Shown in pieces: positions 13,969-23,481 of a stretch of DNA of 26,092 bases (position 1 is its first letter; the number at the start of each line of letters is the position of its first letter). The DNA lies in the IMG/VR virus record IMGVR_UViG_3300009095_001043, positions 1 through 26,092 of that record. One strand, 5' to 3'. Under the pieces are notes generated by a model. That model was not told where the DNA came from. It saw only the letters and a program-made list of their open reading frames with translations, and searched no databases. Origin of the DNA: a virus. Its lineage: Duplodnaviria > Caudoviricetes. A program made the translations under genes and the position numbers.

Positions 13969-16626
13969 CTACGATACATATTCAGTCAATAATTCTACTG
14001 GAACACTAATTCCACGCTTTGAACCTTGACCACGAACGTATTCACGTGGATTATCCTTTTCAGCATCAGGCAAACGCAATAATAATTGGTCAATCGCATG
14101 AACCCATGCTGAATTATACATCAAACGTTTTAACGCTGGATTATTATTTGCAAAACAAATACGACCTTTAACGTATTTAATACCATAATTTCCTAACGCT
14201 CGATTTATTTCATATCTAAAACGTGCTGTGTCGTTACTAATCATTAATTCATTTATCAACAATGGATTATGCTCAAAACTCAATAATTCACCAATTGTAA
14301 ACGAATTAATGTTATCTATTCTAATCTGCGTACTCATTATTTCCTGAAACATCAGTATTTCATCTTTTTCGTCTTTGATAATTTTTTCATTATTCCACTC
14401 AAAACGATCTACAAATTCAAATGCTTGATTAAATTCTACAACATCATCACTCATCAATGACCATGCACCAGCAAGTAAACCACCTAACAAATCAGAAACC
14501 GATGTATCATTTAATTTCTTATTAATCGCCTTTGAAAATACCTTTACATTTTGAATAATTATAGGTAACATATTTATAGTACGCTCCTGCAATGCTCTAA
14601 TATAATCATCCGTTACGATCGAGAAATATTTTTCCTTGTACTGATCAAACGCATCATCACGTTTACTGGAATCGTTTTTCAATCCAAAAATTGTAAATCT
14701 TCGTTTATCTGCTTTTGGATCTAAATACACACCAATTGATGAAAACATTGCCATTGTTTTAATTTCATAAGCTTTGGCACGTCCATCCATACCACCTTTA
14801 ATAATCTTTGATTCGCCATTACTGAACGAACCTCTTAACATCATTAAAACATCCTTTAATCGTTGACGTGCTTGGATCGATTCAGCTTCTGTTTCATCAA
14901 AAATTAACGGTCGTGCATCTGACTGCAATGACTGCCTAATACCTGGCGCCGTTGTATCTGAATTAACTGAAATCGCAATATCCCCTAAAATTCTACGTAC
15001 AACATTTTCTTGAATCCATGTTTTACCAGTTCCTGATTGCGCAGTTAACCATCCGTTTGGTCTATTATCTAATATTCCACAAAATGGAGCGATTACAAGC
15101 CATCCAGCAAACGTGTATGCAGTTTCAGGACGATCCCATGAAAACCATTGCATTAATTCCATGAATTTATACGCATCAAATTTATTTAACGCTGATACAC
15201 CTCCGTATTTTATAGGTTTATTTACTTCGTATATGTAATTTGATTCAAACTGATGTAAACCGCATTTTTTACCATCAATTATTAATTTATTTCCAACGTG
15301 CAAAACAACTTTATCGTTATCACGCCATGCACCACGACCACGTATTTTTTCTTCATCGAAAATACCTACTCTATTACACGCAGCAATTAAAGACTGAACA
15401 GCTGAATCCATATTCAGTTTTGAATTTCCTGGACCTGGAAAGCGTGACTCCCACCATAATATCGGTGCTAATGTCATTAAATTCGATTTCGTTAATCCAC
15501 TGGCTGTAAAACATACAACCATTTTCGGTTCATACGAATAAAACCAGTATGTTAAATGAGATTTTTCGTTTTTCGAGTAACCTAACACACGAAAATACAT
15601 TTCACCCAATGAATCAATAACGGCTGGTGCTGATGGTGGTTTTGGTACTTCTGCTGGTTTTACTTCTACAACTGTTTTTTCAGATTTTATTTTCATCGAA
15701 TCAACGTGCGTGTTCTCATCAATGAACGATATAATTTGTTCAGCTGTAAAATCTGAATCAGCTAAATCCCATTTTTCAGGTTTATCTGCTGGTATGTGAA
15801 TGTATTTACCACCGATAATTTTACCGATTGATTTCATAGCCTTGATTCCTGGTTCGTCATTGTCAGGCCACAATATAACGTCACGGTCAAAAACAACGCT
15901 TAAATCTGTTTTCTGTACCGCCTCAGCGCCTCCAATCCATGTGCAGAATACGTATTTACCTCTATACTCAGATTCGTGCATTTTACGATTACCGTAATCA
16001 GCACATTTTTCACCCTCAACGATTATTACCTTTGCGTTTGGATATGCGCCTAAAAATTCCATCCCATACATCGGTCTAGGATTTTGAAATCCTGCATATT
16101 TCCATGCTTCAATTCCATTTTCGAAACGTCCAAAAACGTATGGTAAAATATCCTTTGTTCCATCAGGAAACTCAAATCTACACGTGTAACCGATTAATTG
16201 ATTTAATAGGTTTTTATATGGATATATGATTTTTGGCATTCCATATTCTGAGTGGTTAAACGTGGGTGGAATATTTGGATTTGCGAGTGGTAATACATCG
16301 AATGATTTTTTCTTACGTTTATTGTTAATTTCATTTAATTCATGCTCAGGGATAATCAAACGGTCGTCACCCTCTAAAATCGCAACGGCACGGTTAAAAT
16401 CAACGTTTTGTGTTTTCATCACAAAATCAATAGCATCGCCTCCGAATCCACATGAAAAACATTTGAAACGCATCATATTATCGCTCACGTGCATTGATGG
16501 ACGTTTGTCTAAATGTTGTCCACTCACACATTTTGCGATATATTCACCGTTTTTTCTGTAAGTTATGGGGGTTATTTTTTCAACCACCTGCGAAAGTAGT
16601 ATTTTGCTAATAATATCGTGTTTCAT
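13969..16626 (-). CDS. DNA primase-helicase (CHC2 Zn finger + Toprim + P-loop NTPase)
   Basis: C..H..PS...FKCFSCGFGGDAIDFV, IIVEGEKCAD, LWPDNDEPG, AQSGTGKT and LIFDETE. Confidence 0.88.
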   Translation of the reverse strand: MKHDIISKILLSQVVEKITPITYRKNGEYIAKCVSGQHLDKRPSMHVSDNMMRFKCFSCGFGGDAIDFVMKTQNVDFNRAVAILEGDDRLIIPEHELNEINNKRKKKSFDVLPLANPNIPPTFNHSEYGMPKIIYPYKNLLNQLIGYTCRFEFPDGTKDILPYVFGRFENGIEAWKYAGFQNPRPMYGMEFLGAYPNAKVIIVEGEKCADYGNRKMHESEYRGKYVFCTWIGGAEAVQKTDLSVVFDRDVILWPDNDEPGIKAMKSIGKIIGGKYIHIPADKPEKWDLADSDFTAEQIISFIDENTHVDSMKIKSEKTVVEVKPAEVPKPPSAPAVIDSLGEMYFRVLGYSKNEKSHLTYWFYSYEPKMVVCFTASGLTKSNLMTLAPILWWESRFPGPGNSKLNMDSAVQSLIAACNRVGIFDEEKIRGRGAWRDNDKVVLHVGNKLIIDGKKCGLHQFESNYIYEVNKPIKYGGVSALNKFDAYKFMELMQWFSWDRPETAYTFAGWLVIAPFCGILDNRPNGWLTAQSGTGKTWIQENVVRRILGDIAISVNSDTTAPGIRQSLQSDARPLIFDETEAESIQARQRLKDVLMMLRGSFSNGESKIIKGGMDGRAKAYEIKTMAMFSSIGVYLDPKADKRRFTIFGLKNDSSKRDDAFDQYKEKYFSIVTDDYIRALQERTINMLPIIIQNVKVFSKAINKKLNDTSVSDLLGGLLAGAWSLMSDDVVEFNQAFEFVDRFEWNNEKIIKDEKDEILMFQEIMSTQIRIDNINSFTIGELLSFEHNPLLINELMISNDTARFRYEINRALGNYGIKYVKGRICFANNNPALKRLMYNSAWVHAIDQLLLRLPDAEKDNPREYVRGQGSKRGISVPVELLTEYVS

Positions 16627-16631
16627 GGTAA

Positions 16632-17024
16632 TCAGATTTGATCATCAGGTGATCGCATAATTGTAGCGATTCCACCTGCATCATTTACGTTTTTAATAAA
16701 AATCAATTGCTCATCTGTTGGTTTTCCAGTTGGTGTTTTTACTTCAACGGCTGTAAATATAGCAATTTTTTTTCCTACCATATCAGGTGTTATTGTTTGA
16801 GTTTTCCAGCCGATTAAGTCGCTACTACCTTTCATTAATCCAGCGTGAAATATACGATAATTCCTGATAATCATATCACCTCGATTTAAATGATATGTTC
16901 CAGGTGTATTTATTGGAATATGTTTATCGCCTACGTATGCCTTACCAGTATTGTTTCTAAACACACGAAATCCAAGCGTTGAAAGTTTCGCCATTATAAG
17001 GCGCATGATGTTTGTTTCTTTCAT
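16632..17024 (-). CDS. VRR-NUC PD-(D/E)XK nuclease
   Basis: VFRNNTG, GSSDLIGW and AVEVKTPTGKPTDEQ..F...GGIA. Confidence 0.88.
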   Translation of the reverse strand: MKETNIMRLIMAKLSTLGFRVFRNNTGKAYVGDKHIPINTPGTYHLNRGDMIIRNYRIFHAGLMKGSSDLIGWKTQTITPDMVGKKIAIFTAVEVKTPTGKPTDEQLIFIKNVNDAGGIATIMRSPDDQI

Positions 17025-17356
17025 GGCTTTTGGACCTCAAAATTATTATACATCAAACTAAAATACGCCACCGTTGATTTTTTCTTTCCATTAATTACTG
17101 GATTATAACTATCAACCATAACATCACCGTTAAATACTCTGAAACTAACTGCAATGCCTTTTATTTTACGTCCACCATGAGAAACACACGTAAATAAATC
17201 ACCGTAATTACATGGTTTGCATGATTCGATATATTCATCAGTTAATTCATGTTTTCGGTTAATCCATTGTTTGCGTTCATCGGATTGCGTTTTCGGATCG
17301 AGTTCATTAATTTTTTCGTTGATTTCCTTAATGGAATCTAGGTATGTTTCTTTCAT
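17021..17356 (-). CDS. Hypothetical protein (start revised to ATG 17356)
   Basis: MKETYLDS follows a promoter motif at 17373-17380, with ATGA coupling to VRR-NUC. Confidence 0.65.
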   Translation of the reverse strand: MKETYLDSIKEINEKINELDPKTQSDERKQWINRKHELTDEYIESCKPCNYGDLFTCVSHGGRKIKGIAVSFRVFNGDVMVDSYNPVINGKKKSTVAYFSLMYNNFEVQKP

Positions 17357-17372
17357 AACTATCAATTTTTCA

Positions 17373-17403
17373 CAAATATATACTATTATTTTAATACACA
17401 ACT
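17373..17403 (-). promoter_or_regulatory. Bacteroidota-type promoter
   Basis: TTTGTGTATT...AGTATATATTTGTG on the minus strand. Confidence 0.65.
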
Positions 17404-18784
17404 ACAACACACGATTATTTTCTCTAGCTTCCATAATTCTGTTAACCCAGCCTATGTTATAACCTTTTTCACGTGCTATTGCCATTAACTCATCACGTGT
17501 GCGTGCCTGATGAACTCGTTTTTTAAATTGAAATTTTTCATCCTGAACACGCTCCAATTCACCATCAACTTGTTCAATTTCCCTTGTTTCAGGTTCCGGA
17601 ATATGCTCACCACATTCAGGGCAAACGGTAAACTTCAAGCCAGTAAAATAACAATTCGTGCATGTTGTAATTAAAATATTAGCTTCACTCGATGAACCAC
17701 GTTTTCGTTTTATACGACCATCCAGCGACCAATCTCGGTGAAATGTAGGTAAACCATGCCTGATGGTATTTCCTACATGGTCTAGTATTACACAATGGTT
17801 TTTCCCCTCAATCGTACGTAATCCGCGTCCGATTTGCTGTAAATATAAGCTCAATGAATGTGTAGGTCGTAAATTAATAATACATCCAACTGCAGGAATA
17901 TCTGTACCCTCAGAAATCAAATCACATGAAACCAAACCCATAACGGATTGAGTACCTAAATTTGACATCAAAAAATCACGTTCCTTATCATCCATTGAAC
18001 CATCAACGGCATAAAACGCAAAACCTGCATTTCTGAATTGTTGCGCAACGTCTTTGGCATGCTGTACGTTCGCTGTAAATACAATTGCAGGCAATCCAAA
18101 CGCATGTTTTTTATAATGCTCAATCGCATCACCAGTAATTTTAGGTTTATTCATTTCTAATGCCAAATCATCACGCACAAAATCAGATTTATGACGTTTT
18201 ACGTTATCTAAATTTGCCAGCATTGGTGGTTTATAAATTACTGGTTCAACTAAATAACCATCATTTATAAGGTCGTAAATTTGAGGACCTACAACTATTG
18301 AATCAAAAACATCGCCAAGACCAACACCATCAGATCGTTCAGGTGTTGCAGTAACTCCGAGAATTTTTGCCTGTGGATTTGCTTCGATTACTTTGCGCCA
18401 TGTTCCAGCCGTTGCGTGATGTGCTTCGTCAATAATAATCAAATCAGGTTTTGGATACTTACCCATGCGATTAACTAGCGTTTGAACGCTTGCAACTTGA
18501 ACTTTTGATTGAAAATCAGGTGTAAATTTTGGATGAATTACACCGTGTGAAACTCCAAAATTTGTAAGTGTTCGACTGGCTTGGTTAATTAATTCCTTAC
18601 GGTGTGCAATTATCCATACTGTATTTCCATTTGCGATTGATTTTTGAGTTATGTAAGTAAATGTAACTGTTTTACCGCCCCCAGTAGGTAAAACGTATAA
18701 AACAGCTCTATTTCCATTTATGTAGTGTGTGCGTATTTTATTAACGCCATCAAGTTGGTAATCTCTAGGTGTTATTGTTATCAT
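17402..18784 (-). CDS. SF2 DEAH helicase with C-terminal Zn ribbon
   Basis: LPTGGGKT, IIIDEAHH, GVTATP, QQIGRGLR and CTNC..CPEC. Confidence 0.92.
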   Translation of the reverse strand: MITITPRDYQLDGVNKIRTHYINGNRAVLYVLPTGGGKTVTFTYITQKSIANGNTVWIIAHRKELINQASRTLTNFGVSHGVIHPKFTPDFQSKVQVASVQTLVNRMGKYPKPDLIIIDEAHHATAGTWRKVIEANPQAKILGVTATPERSDGVGLGDVFDSIVVGPQIYDLINDGYLVEPVIYKPPMLANLDNVKRHKSDFVRDDLALEMNKPKITGDAIEHYKKHAFGLPAIVFTANVQHAKDVAQQFRNAGFAFYAVDGSMDDKERDFLMSNLGTQSVMGLVSCDLISEGTDIPAVGCIINLRPTHSLSLYLQQIGRGLRTIEGKNHCVILDHVGNTIRHGLPTFHRDWSLDGRIKRKRGSSSEANILITTCTNCYFTGLKFTVCPECGEHIPEPETREIEQVDGELERVQDEKFQFKKRVHQARTRDELMAIAREKGYNIGWVNRIMEARENNRVL

Positions 18785-18798
18785 AATAATTAGAATGT

Positions 18799-18828
18799 AA
18801 AAATAACCCCCGAATTAACGAGGGTTTT
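18799..18828 (-). terminator. Probable intrinsic terminator
   Basis: AACCCCCG-AATTAA-CGAGGGTT hairpin after the SSB gene. Confidence 0.6.
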
Positions 18829-18853
18829 AATTATCAGTGAATTGGTTTAAGTT

Positions 18854-19354
18854 TTAGAACGGTGGTTTTGTATTGTCGTTCTGTGTTGGTGTTGGAAACG
18901 GACTCGTTGCTGGCATTGGTCCTGTTGCTGGAATTGATGTAGCCTGCGCCTGCTGTACTGGTTGCGACTGTGGTGTATGTACTGGTTGAGGTGTCGCATG
19001 AACTGGTACTGATGCCGTTTGTTGAACTGGTTGAACTGGTTGTACTGTTGGCGTTGGTGCGTTCTGTACTGGCTGTGTAACAACATCATATGCGTTAACT
19101 CCAACATAGTTACGAGTTATGCCATCAGTTCCAGTATGATTACGACCATTCAGATTACACTTCAATGAAATGATTTGATTTATTTTTACATGACTATTGA
19201 TTTTGTCGTAATTCGATTGTGGAACCTGAATACGATAAACTTGTGGATACTGAGTGTTTTGCTCTGTTACTTCAATTGAGTAGAATGTGTAACTACCTCG
19301 TGTTTCCTGCTCAAAAATTCCAGTAATAATACCAGTAATTGTTAACTGTGCCAT
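18854..19354 (-). CDS. DUF3127-like single-stranded DNA-binding protein
   Basis: ITGIIT, QYPQ, NLNGR and VNAYDV OB-fold pattern, with a P/Q/T-rich tail ending in PPF. Confidence 0.75.
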   Translation of the reverse strand: MAQLTITGIITGIFEQETRGSYTFYSIEVTEQNTQYPQVYRIQVPQSNYDKINSHVKINQIISLKCNLNGRNHTGTDGITRNYVGVNAYDVVTQPVQNAPTPTVQPVQPVQQTASVPVHATPQPVHTPQSQPVQQAQATSIPATGPMPATSPFPTPTQNDNTKPPF

Positions 19355-19357
19355 AAT

Positions 19358-19534
19358 TTAGATTTTATTTAATTGATTTGTTAATTTGTTGTACGTTTCG
19401 ATTGATTTTGGTGTGTTACGTTTCCAACTGGTAATTGTTTCGTATCTCACACCTGCCAATTCAGCCAAACGCCTGACTGAAATTTTTTTTTCTCTGCATT
19501 TCTCTTGCAGTTCCTCATAAATTGTCTTTGCCAT
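19358..19534 (-). CDS. Cro-like HTH protein, 58 aa (not in ORF track)
   Basis: MAKTIYEELQEKCREKKISVRRLAELAGVRYETITSWKRNTPKSIETYNKLTNQLNKI. Confidence 0.85.
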   Translation of the reverse strand: MAKTIYEELQEKCREKKISVRRLAELAGVRYETITSWKRNTPKSIETYNKLTNQLNKI

Positions 19535-19547
19535 ATCTTTTTTTATG

Positions 19548-19595
19548 CAAATATATTAAAATTTCGTTATATGTATTAAAAAAATAATATATTTG
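19548..19595. promoter_or_regulatory. Overlapping divergent promoters
   Basis: TATATTTG on the minus strand (19548-19555) and on the plus strand (19588-19595), at the strand switch. Confidence 0.7.
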
Positions 19596-19612
19596 TAAAA
19601 AAAAAATGATTT

Positions 19613-20017
19613 ATGAGTAAACAAAAATTAAAAGCTGGCGATTGTATTTTAGATATTACACGTGAGCAATTCGATGAGATTAAATCCATTATTGGGGATA
19701 GTCATGGTATTAGATTTATTAATGGTCTTAGTAATGCTATTATTTATTCAGAGCATGATAATATACTACAAAGTCTTGTTAGTGGTAAAAAACCAACACT
19801 AGTTAACGAACTACCATTTTATGAGTTTAAAACTAGATGTAATAATACATTTAAAGAACCTAAAAAAATCCGTTGGGATAGAATTATATTGTGCGTTATC
19901 ATTTTAATGCTATCAATTTTATCTTATAAACAGCATAAACGCATAGATACATTAGAAAAACGCCTCTACGATTACGAATTATATATCAAACCAGTAAGAT
20001 TGTTTTATGGGGAATGA
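19613..20017 (+). CDS. Hypothetical protein with one TM segment
   Basis: IILCVIILMLSILSY; first gene of the plus-strand operon. Confidence 0.7.
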   Translation: MSKQKLKAGDCILDITREQFDEIKSIIGDSHGIRFINGLSNAIIYSEHDNILQSLVSGKKPTLVNELPFYEFKTRCNNTFKEPKKIRWDRIILCVIILMLSILSYKQHKRIDTLEKRLYDYELYIKPVRLFYGE

Positions 20018-20711
20018 TTATCACTCAGATATTACGCATATATCAAAATCAGGTCTTGATTTGATACATAAAGCACCGGTATTTTATAAGCATGCAAAAT
20101 TGGATAAAAAAACATTCGAACCAACAAAGGCACTTATAATTGGAAATGCTTCACACATGTATTTACTTGAACCTGATGAATTTCATTTTCAATTTACAGT
20201 AAGTCATGCCGTTACTGCTGGAAATAATATAAATATCAAAGATTTTCAACACATGCAACGGCAACGTGAAATAATCCATTCAATACCTGAGTTTGCACGT
20301 ATATTTAAAAATGGAGTTGTTGAGCAAACGTTTAAAGGCATTGATGTTGAAACTGGTGTACGAATTAAATGCAGAACGGATTTGATTGATCCCGATATGG
20401 GAATTATAATTGATCCTAAATTCGTAAAGGATGCTTCACCTCGTGGATTTAAAAAACATGTATATGAATATCGTTATCATGTTCAGGATGCATTTTATAA
20501 ACGTATTTTGGCTCAAAATGGAATACATATTAAGCATTTCATATTTTTAGCCATTGAAAAAACACCACCATACGCATATGGTTTATACGTTTTGAACAAA
20601 GATATGATAAACCAAGGTATAATGGAAATAAATGAGGATTTAAGAACATACGCTGAATGTATGCGTACAGGCGTATGGAGTAGTTACACACCTAAAATAA
20701 TGGAGTTATGA
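20007..20711 (+). CDS. RecE/exonuclease VIII-like PD-(D/E)XK protein (DUF3799)
   Basis: YH...ISKSGLD, GNASHMYLLEP, KCRTD, YRYHVQDAFY and FLAIEKTPPY. Confidence 0.85.
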   Translation: MGNDYHSDITHISKSGLDLIHKAPVFYKHAKLDKKTFEPTKALIIGNASHMYLLEPDEFHFQFTVSHAVTAGNNINIKDFQHMQRQREIIHSIPEFARIFKNGVVEQTFKGIDVETGVRIKCRTDLIDPDMGIIIDPKFVKDASPRGFKKHVYEYRYHVQDAFYKRILAQNGIHIKHFIFLAIEKTPPYAYGLYVLNKDMINQGIMEINEDLRTYAECMRTGVWSSYTPKIMEL

Positions 20712-20887
20712 AAACACTATTTAAAATTTTCGCACCATCGCTATTTGCAGTAGCTTCATTATTCCAATTGTTATTTATTGGAATATCATTTGTCAAAGGT
20801 AAATCACCGTTCATTTACGTGATTTATTTAATCGTGTGCTTAATCGCATTTTTTTATTCAACATTTAAACAACATCCAAAACAATGA
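20708..20887 (+). CDS. Small two-TM membrane protein, 59 aa (not in ORF track)
   Basis: MKTLFKIFAPSLFAVASLFQLLFIGISFVKGKSPFIYVIYLIVCLIAFFYSTFKQHPKQ, with ATGA overlaps at both ends. Confidence 0.75.
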   Translation: MKTLFKIFAPSLFAVASLFQLLFIGISFVKGKSPFIYVIYLIVCLIAFFYSTFKQHPKQ

Positions 20888-21663
20888 GCAACATTCAATT
20901 ACATTCAGAATTTTTCAACGGAACTGAAACAATTCAAAAATTCGCTAAAATAATAGGCGAAAAACGAGCAAGACAATTCGCAACTTCAATATTAACTGTT
21001 GTTGCTGATAATCAATCATTGCAAAACGCATCGCCACATTCAGTTTATCAAGCAGCACTTATTGCAGCGACACTGGATTTGTCTATTTTACCATCAATTG
21101 GTGAAGCGTGGATTGTCCCATACGCGGGTAAAGCACAGTTTCAGTTGGGATATTTGGGGTTAATTCAATTAGCCGATAGAACTGGTAGATACAAACGTAT
21201 TAATGCCATTCCAGTGTATGAAAATCAGTTTCATTCATTCAATTATTTGACTGAGGAATTAAAAGGTGATTTTTCCATTGAAGGAAAAGGTAACGTTGTT
21301 GGGTATTGTGCATATTTTATTTTGCATGATGGACGTGAAAAAACAATTTTTTGGACACTTGAAGAAGTAAAACAGCATGCCCGAAAATATGGAACGTACG
21401 AAAAAAAATATCAGAATGGTAGTTTCGTAAAATCACCATGGAATGATCCAGTTCAATTTCCTAAAATGGCACTCAAAACAGTTTTAAAAGAATTGATTAA
21501 AAAATGGGGTCCAAAATCAGTAGAATTAGAAAAAGCATTACAAGCTGATCAGGCTGTTGTAATCGATGCAGAAAATAATAAATTTGAATACGTTGATAAT
21601 CCCGAAAATCAAACAGTAGATATTTCTGCTGAAATTTTGGGTAACGATGAAATTTTGGAGTGA
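20884..21663 (+). CDS. recT: RecT-family recombinase
   Basis: AATLDL...GEAWIVPY..AQFQLGYLGLIQLA.RTG and SPW...MALKTVLK. Confidence 0.92.
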   Translation: MSNIQLHSEFFNGTETIQKFAKIIGEKRARQFATSILTVVADNQSLQNASPHSVYQAALIAATLDLSILPSIGEAWIVPYAGKAQFQLGYLGLIQLADRTGRYKRINAIPVYENQFHSFNYLTEELKGDFSIEGKGNVVGYCAYFILHDGREKTIFWTLEEVKQHARKYGTYEKKYQNGSFVKSPWNDPVQFPKMALKTVLKELIKKWGPKSVELEKALQADQAVVIDAENNKFEYVDNPENQTVDISAEILGNDEILE

Positions 21664-21684
21664 TAATTCCGTTAACATTAAAAC

Positions 21685-21720
21685 AAAAAAACGCCTCTAA
21701 TAATAGGGGCGTTTCTTTTT
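21685..21720. terminator. Bidirectional terminator between convergent operons
   Basis: AAAAAAACGCCTCTA-ATAA-TAGGGGCGTTTCTTTTT. Confidence 0.8.
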
Positions 21721-21774
21721 AACCTAAACATACTTATGCTAGAAAAATTAATCGCTGGTGGGCAAATGTAATAA

Positions 21775-22326
21775 TTATTTTTCAAAAACTGTATATGTAA
21801 ACTTATTTCCATATATAGAAATTGATTTATTAATTATATCCATAAATTCTAAAAAATCACTTTCTTTAGCAAAAACAGTACATCCAGCAGACCATTTATC
21901 TACATTTGTACTATTTGAACCTGCTCTATGAATGTTAATACCGAAATATCCACTTTCAGAAACTTTCTTGTCAATTACAAGATCTTTATTGATATCACGC
22001 CAAACAGTTACTTTATCAGCTTGAACCAATGCAGGTTTACCATTATGTAATCCTTTTTGATATTTCCATTGACCAGCTTGTAAAATTGCCACACCTTTAT
22101 TTGATAAATGGTTTTTATTATAGTGGAATCCAGGATCCGTTGTAGCTTTCCAAATTTTTACAATTTCCTTTCCGTCTACCTTATAAGCTAATCCAACAAT
22201 GTCATCAAACTTGTTTGTTATATTGTTGCTACTTCTAATTGAAAATAGATTAACATTATAGTTTCCATTCTCAAAGAAACGATATCCTTTCGTTTCATAC
22301 ATTTTTTTTACTTCCAAAAAATTCAT
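21775..22326 (-). CDS. Putative endolysin with an L,D-transpeptidase-like catalytic motif
   Basis: ATTDPG and FGINIHRAG...WSAGCTVF (H...SxGC). Last gene of the late operon. Confidence 0.65.
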   Translation of the reverse strand: MNFLEVKKMYETKGYRFFENGNYNVNLFSIRSSNNITNKFDDIVGLAYKVDGKEIVKIWKATTDPGFHYNKNHLSNKGVAILQAGQWKYQKGLHNGKPALVQADKVTVWRDINKDLVIDKKVSESGYFGINIHRAGSNSTNVDKWSAGCTVFAKESDFLEFMDIINKSISIYGNKFTYTVFEK

Positions 22327-23015
22327 AACACTTTAAATAATCCAATTATACTACGAAACCAATCAACTAATTTACCGATAAAAATACCGATAACAAACGA
22401 ACCGATAATACACAGTGAACCGATTATTTTCCATTTTAATGGCAAATCCTCATTCCTTTTTTCAACATTAACGATTTTACGCTGATTATCCGATTCACGT
22501 TTTTTTAAATCGGATTCCAATTTAGCTATTTTTTCACGCTCCTTTGATAATGCCAATTCAACTGTTTTAATATCTTCAGACAATGCAATTGTTTTCTTGC
22601 GTTCGTTTACAATATCCGTTTTTAGCCTTTTTTCTGTAGCCTCGTGCCGTTTCGTTTCTTCTGAGTATAATTTACCCAGCAAACGAATAGAATCACGTTT
22701 AACGGCAATTTCTCGAGTAATTAAATCAATTGAATCACGTTTTATTTTAACGTCCAATTTATACAGTTTCAATTCGCTTGAATTTACTTCACGTAACCGT
22801 TTCAATTCTGCATTCAAGCTGTCTGATTTCATTTTTCTATTTTCACGCTCCATTGCTTCCAGGTGATTCAAATACATACGCAACTGCCTATTATTAAAAT
22901 CACACGGTATGTCCTGTGAGAAATTAAGGTGTGACAATAATAATATTACCGTTAACACCAGTATTTGTCTGCTGTAATGTTTCAGTGTATTTTTCATCGT
23001 TTTCCTCTGTGACAA
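22323..23015 (-). CDS. Signal peptide + coiled coil + C-terminal TM protein (spanin-like lysis accessory?)
   Basis: ILVLTVILLLSHLNFS|QD, a long heptad-rich region and IIGSLCIIGSFVIGIFIG. ATGA-coupled to the endolysin. Confidence 0.55.
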   Translation of the reverse strand: MSQRKTMKNTLKHYSRQILVLTVILLLSHLNFSQDIPCDFNNRQLRMYLNHLEAMERENRKMKSDSLNAELKRLREVNSSELKLYKLDVKIKRDSIDLITREIAVKRDSIRLLGKLYSEETKRHEATEKRLKTDIVNERKKTIALSEDIKTVELALSKEREKIAKLESDLKKRESDNQRKIVNVEKRNEDLPLKWKIIGSLCIIGSFVIGIFIGKLVDWFRSIIGLFKVL

Positions 23016-23481
23016 TAAATTTAACTTCTTGCTGTCCCAAAATTATTTGGCTTGAATTAAAATCCTCAGGAGTTGAAAAAACAATTCCTGATGGCTGTAT
23101 AGATTGAACTACATTTCCCGGTAAAATTCCATACGTAATACGCTTACTGAAAATATTATTAATCTGACCAATTATTTTAATCACATTTTTCTTTGATTCT
23201 GCTGAATTACCAGTTCCTTTGTCGGTAGTAATGTCGTAAACAACAAATGCAACCGTACATTCATTTACAGACGTATTTGCATCAAATCTAACTGGATTAA
23301 CGTCCTTTAAAAAAATATTAATACACGGCATATCTACTTCTGCAATTGCATGGTAAACCTCCTTGAATATTTTTAAAGTCATTCCAGAAATTGACATATT
23401 ATTTGCCAATACAGTTGCGCAATTATCAACTAATTTTGAAAAATTACGATCTCCATTTAGATTATTAATCACTACACTCAT
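22924..23481 (-). CDS. Putative tail terminator/completion-like protein
   Basis: Position after the head-joining gene and a DMPCINIF pattern. Function inferred from synteny. Confidence 0.5.
   Translation of the reverse strand: MSVVINNLNGDRNFSKLVDNCATVLANNMSISGMTLKIFKEVYHAIAEVDMPCINIFLKDVNPVRFDANTSVNECTVAFVVYDITTDKGTGNSAESKKNVIKIIGQINNIFSKRITYGILPGNVVQSIQPSGIVFSTPEDFNSSQIILGQQEVKFIVTEENDEKYTETLQQTNTGVNGNIIIVTP

Noticed and set aside
12275-13992. Plus-strand ORFs 12275, 12606, 12625, 13269 and 13753
   Set aside because: Antisense to real genes or spanning a promoter, with no motifs or plus-strand promoter.
18890-19080. Repetitive GTTGAACTG-type sequence in the SSB gene
   Set aside because: Explained by the P/Q/V-rich disordered linker.
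15240-19107. Plus-strand ORFs inside the primase, helicase and SSB region
   Set aside because: Antisense shadows.
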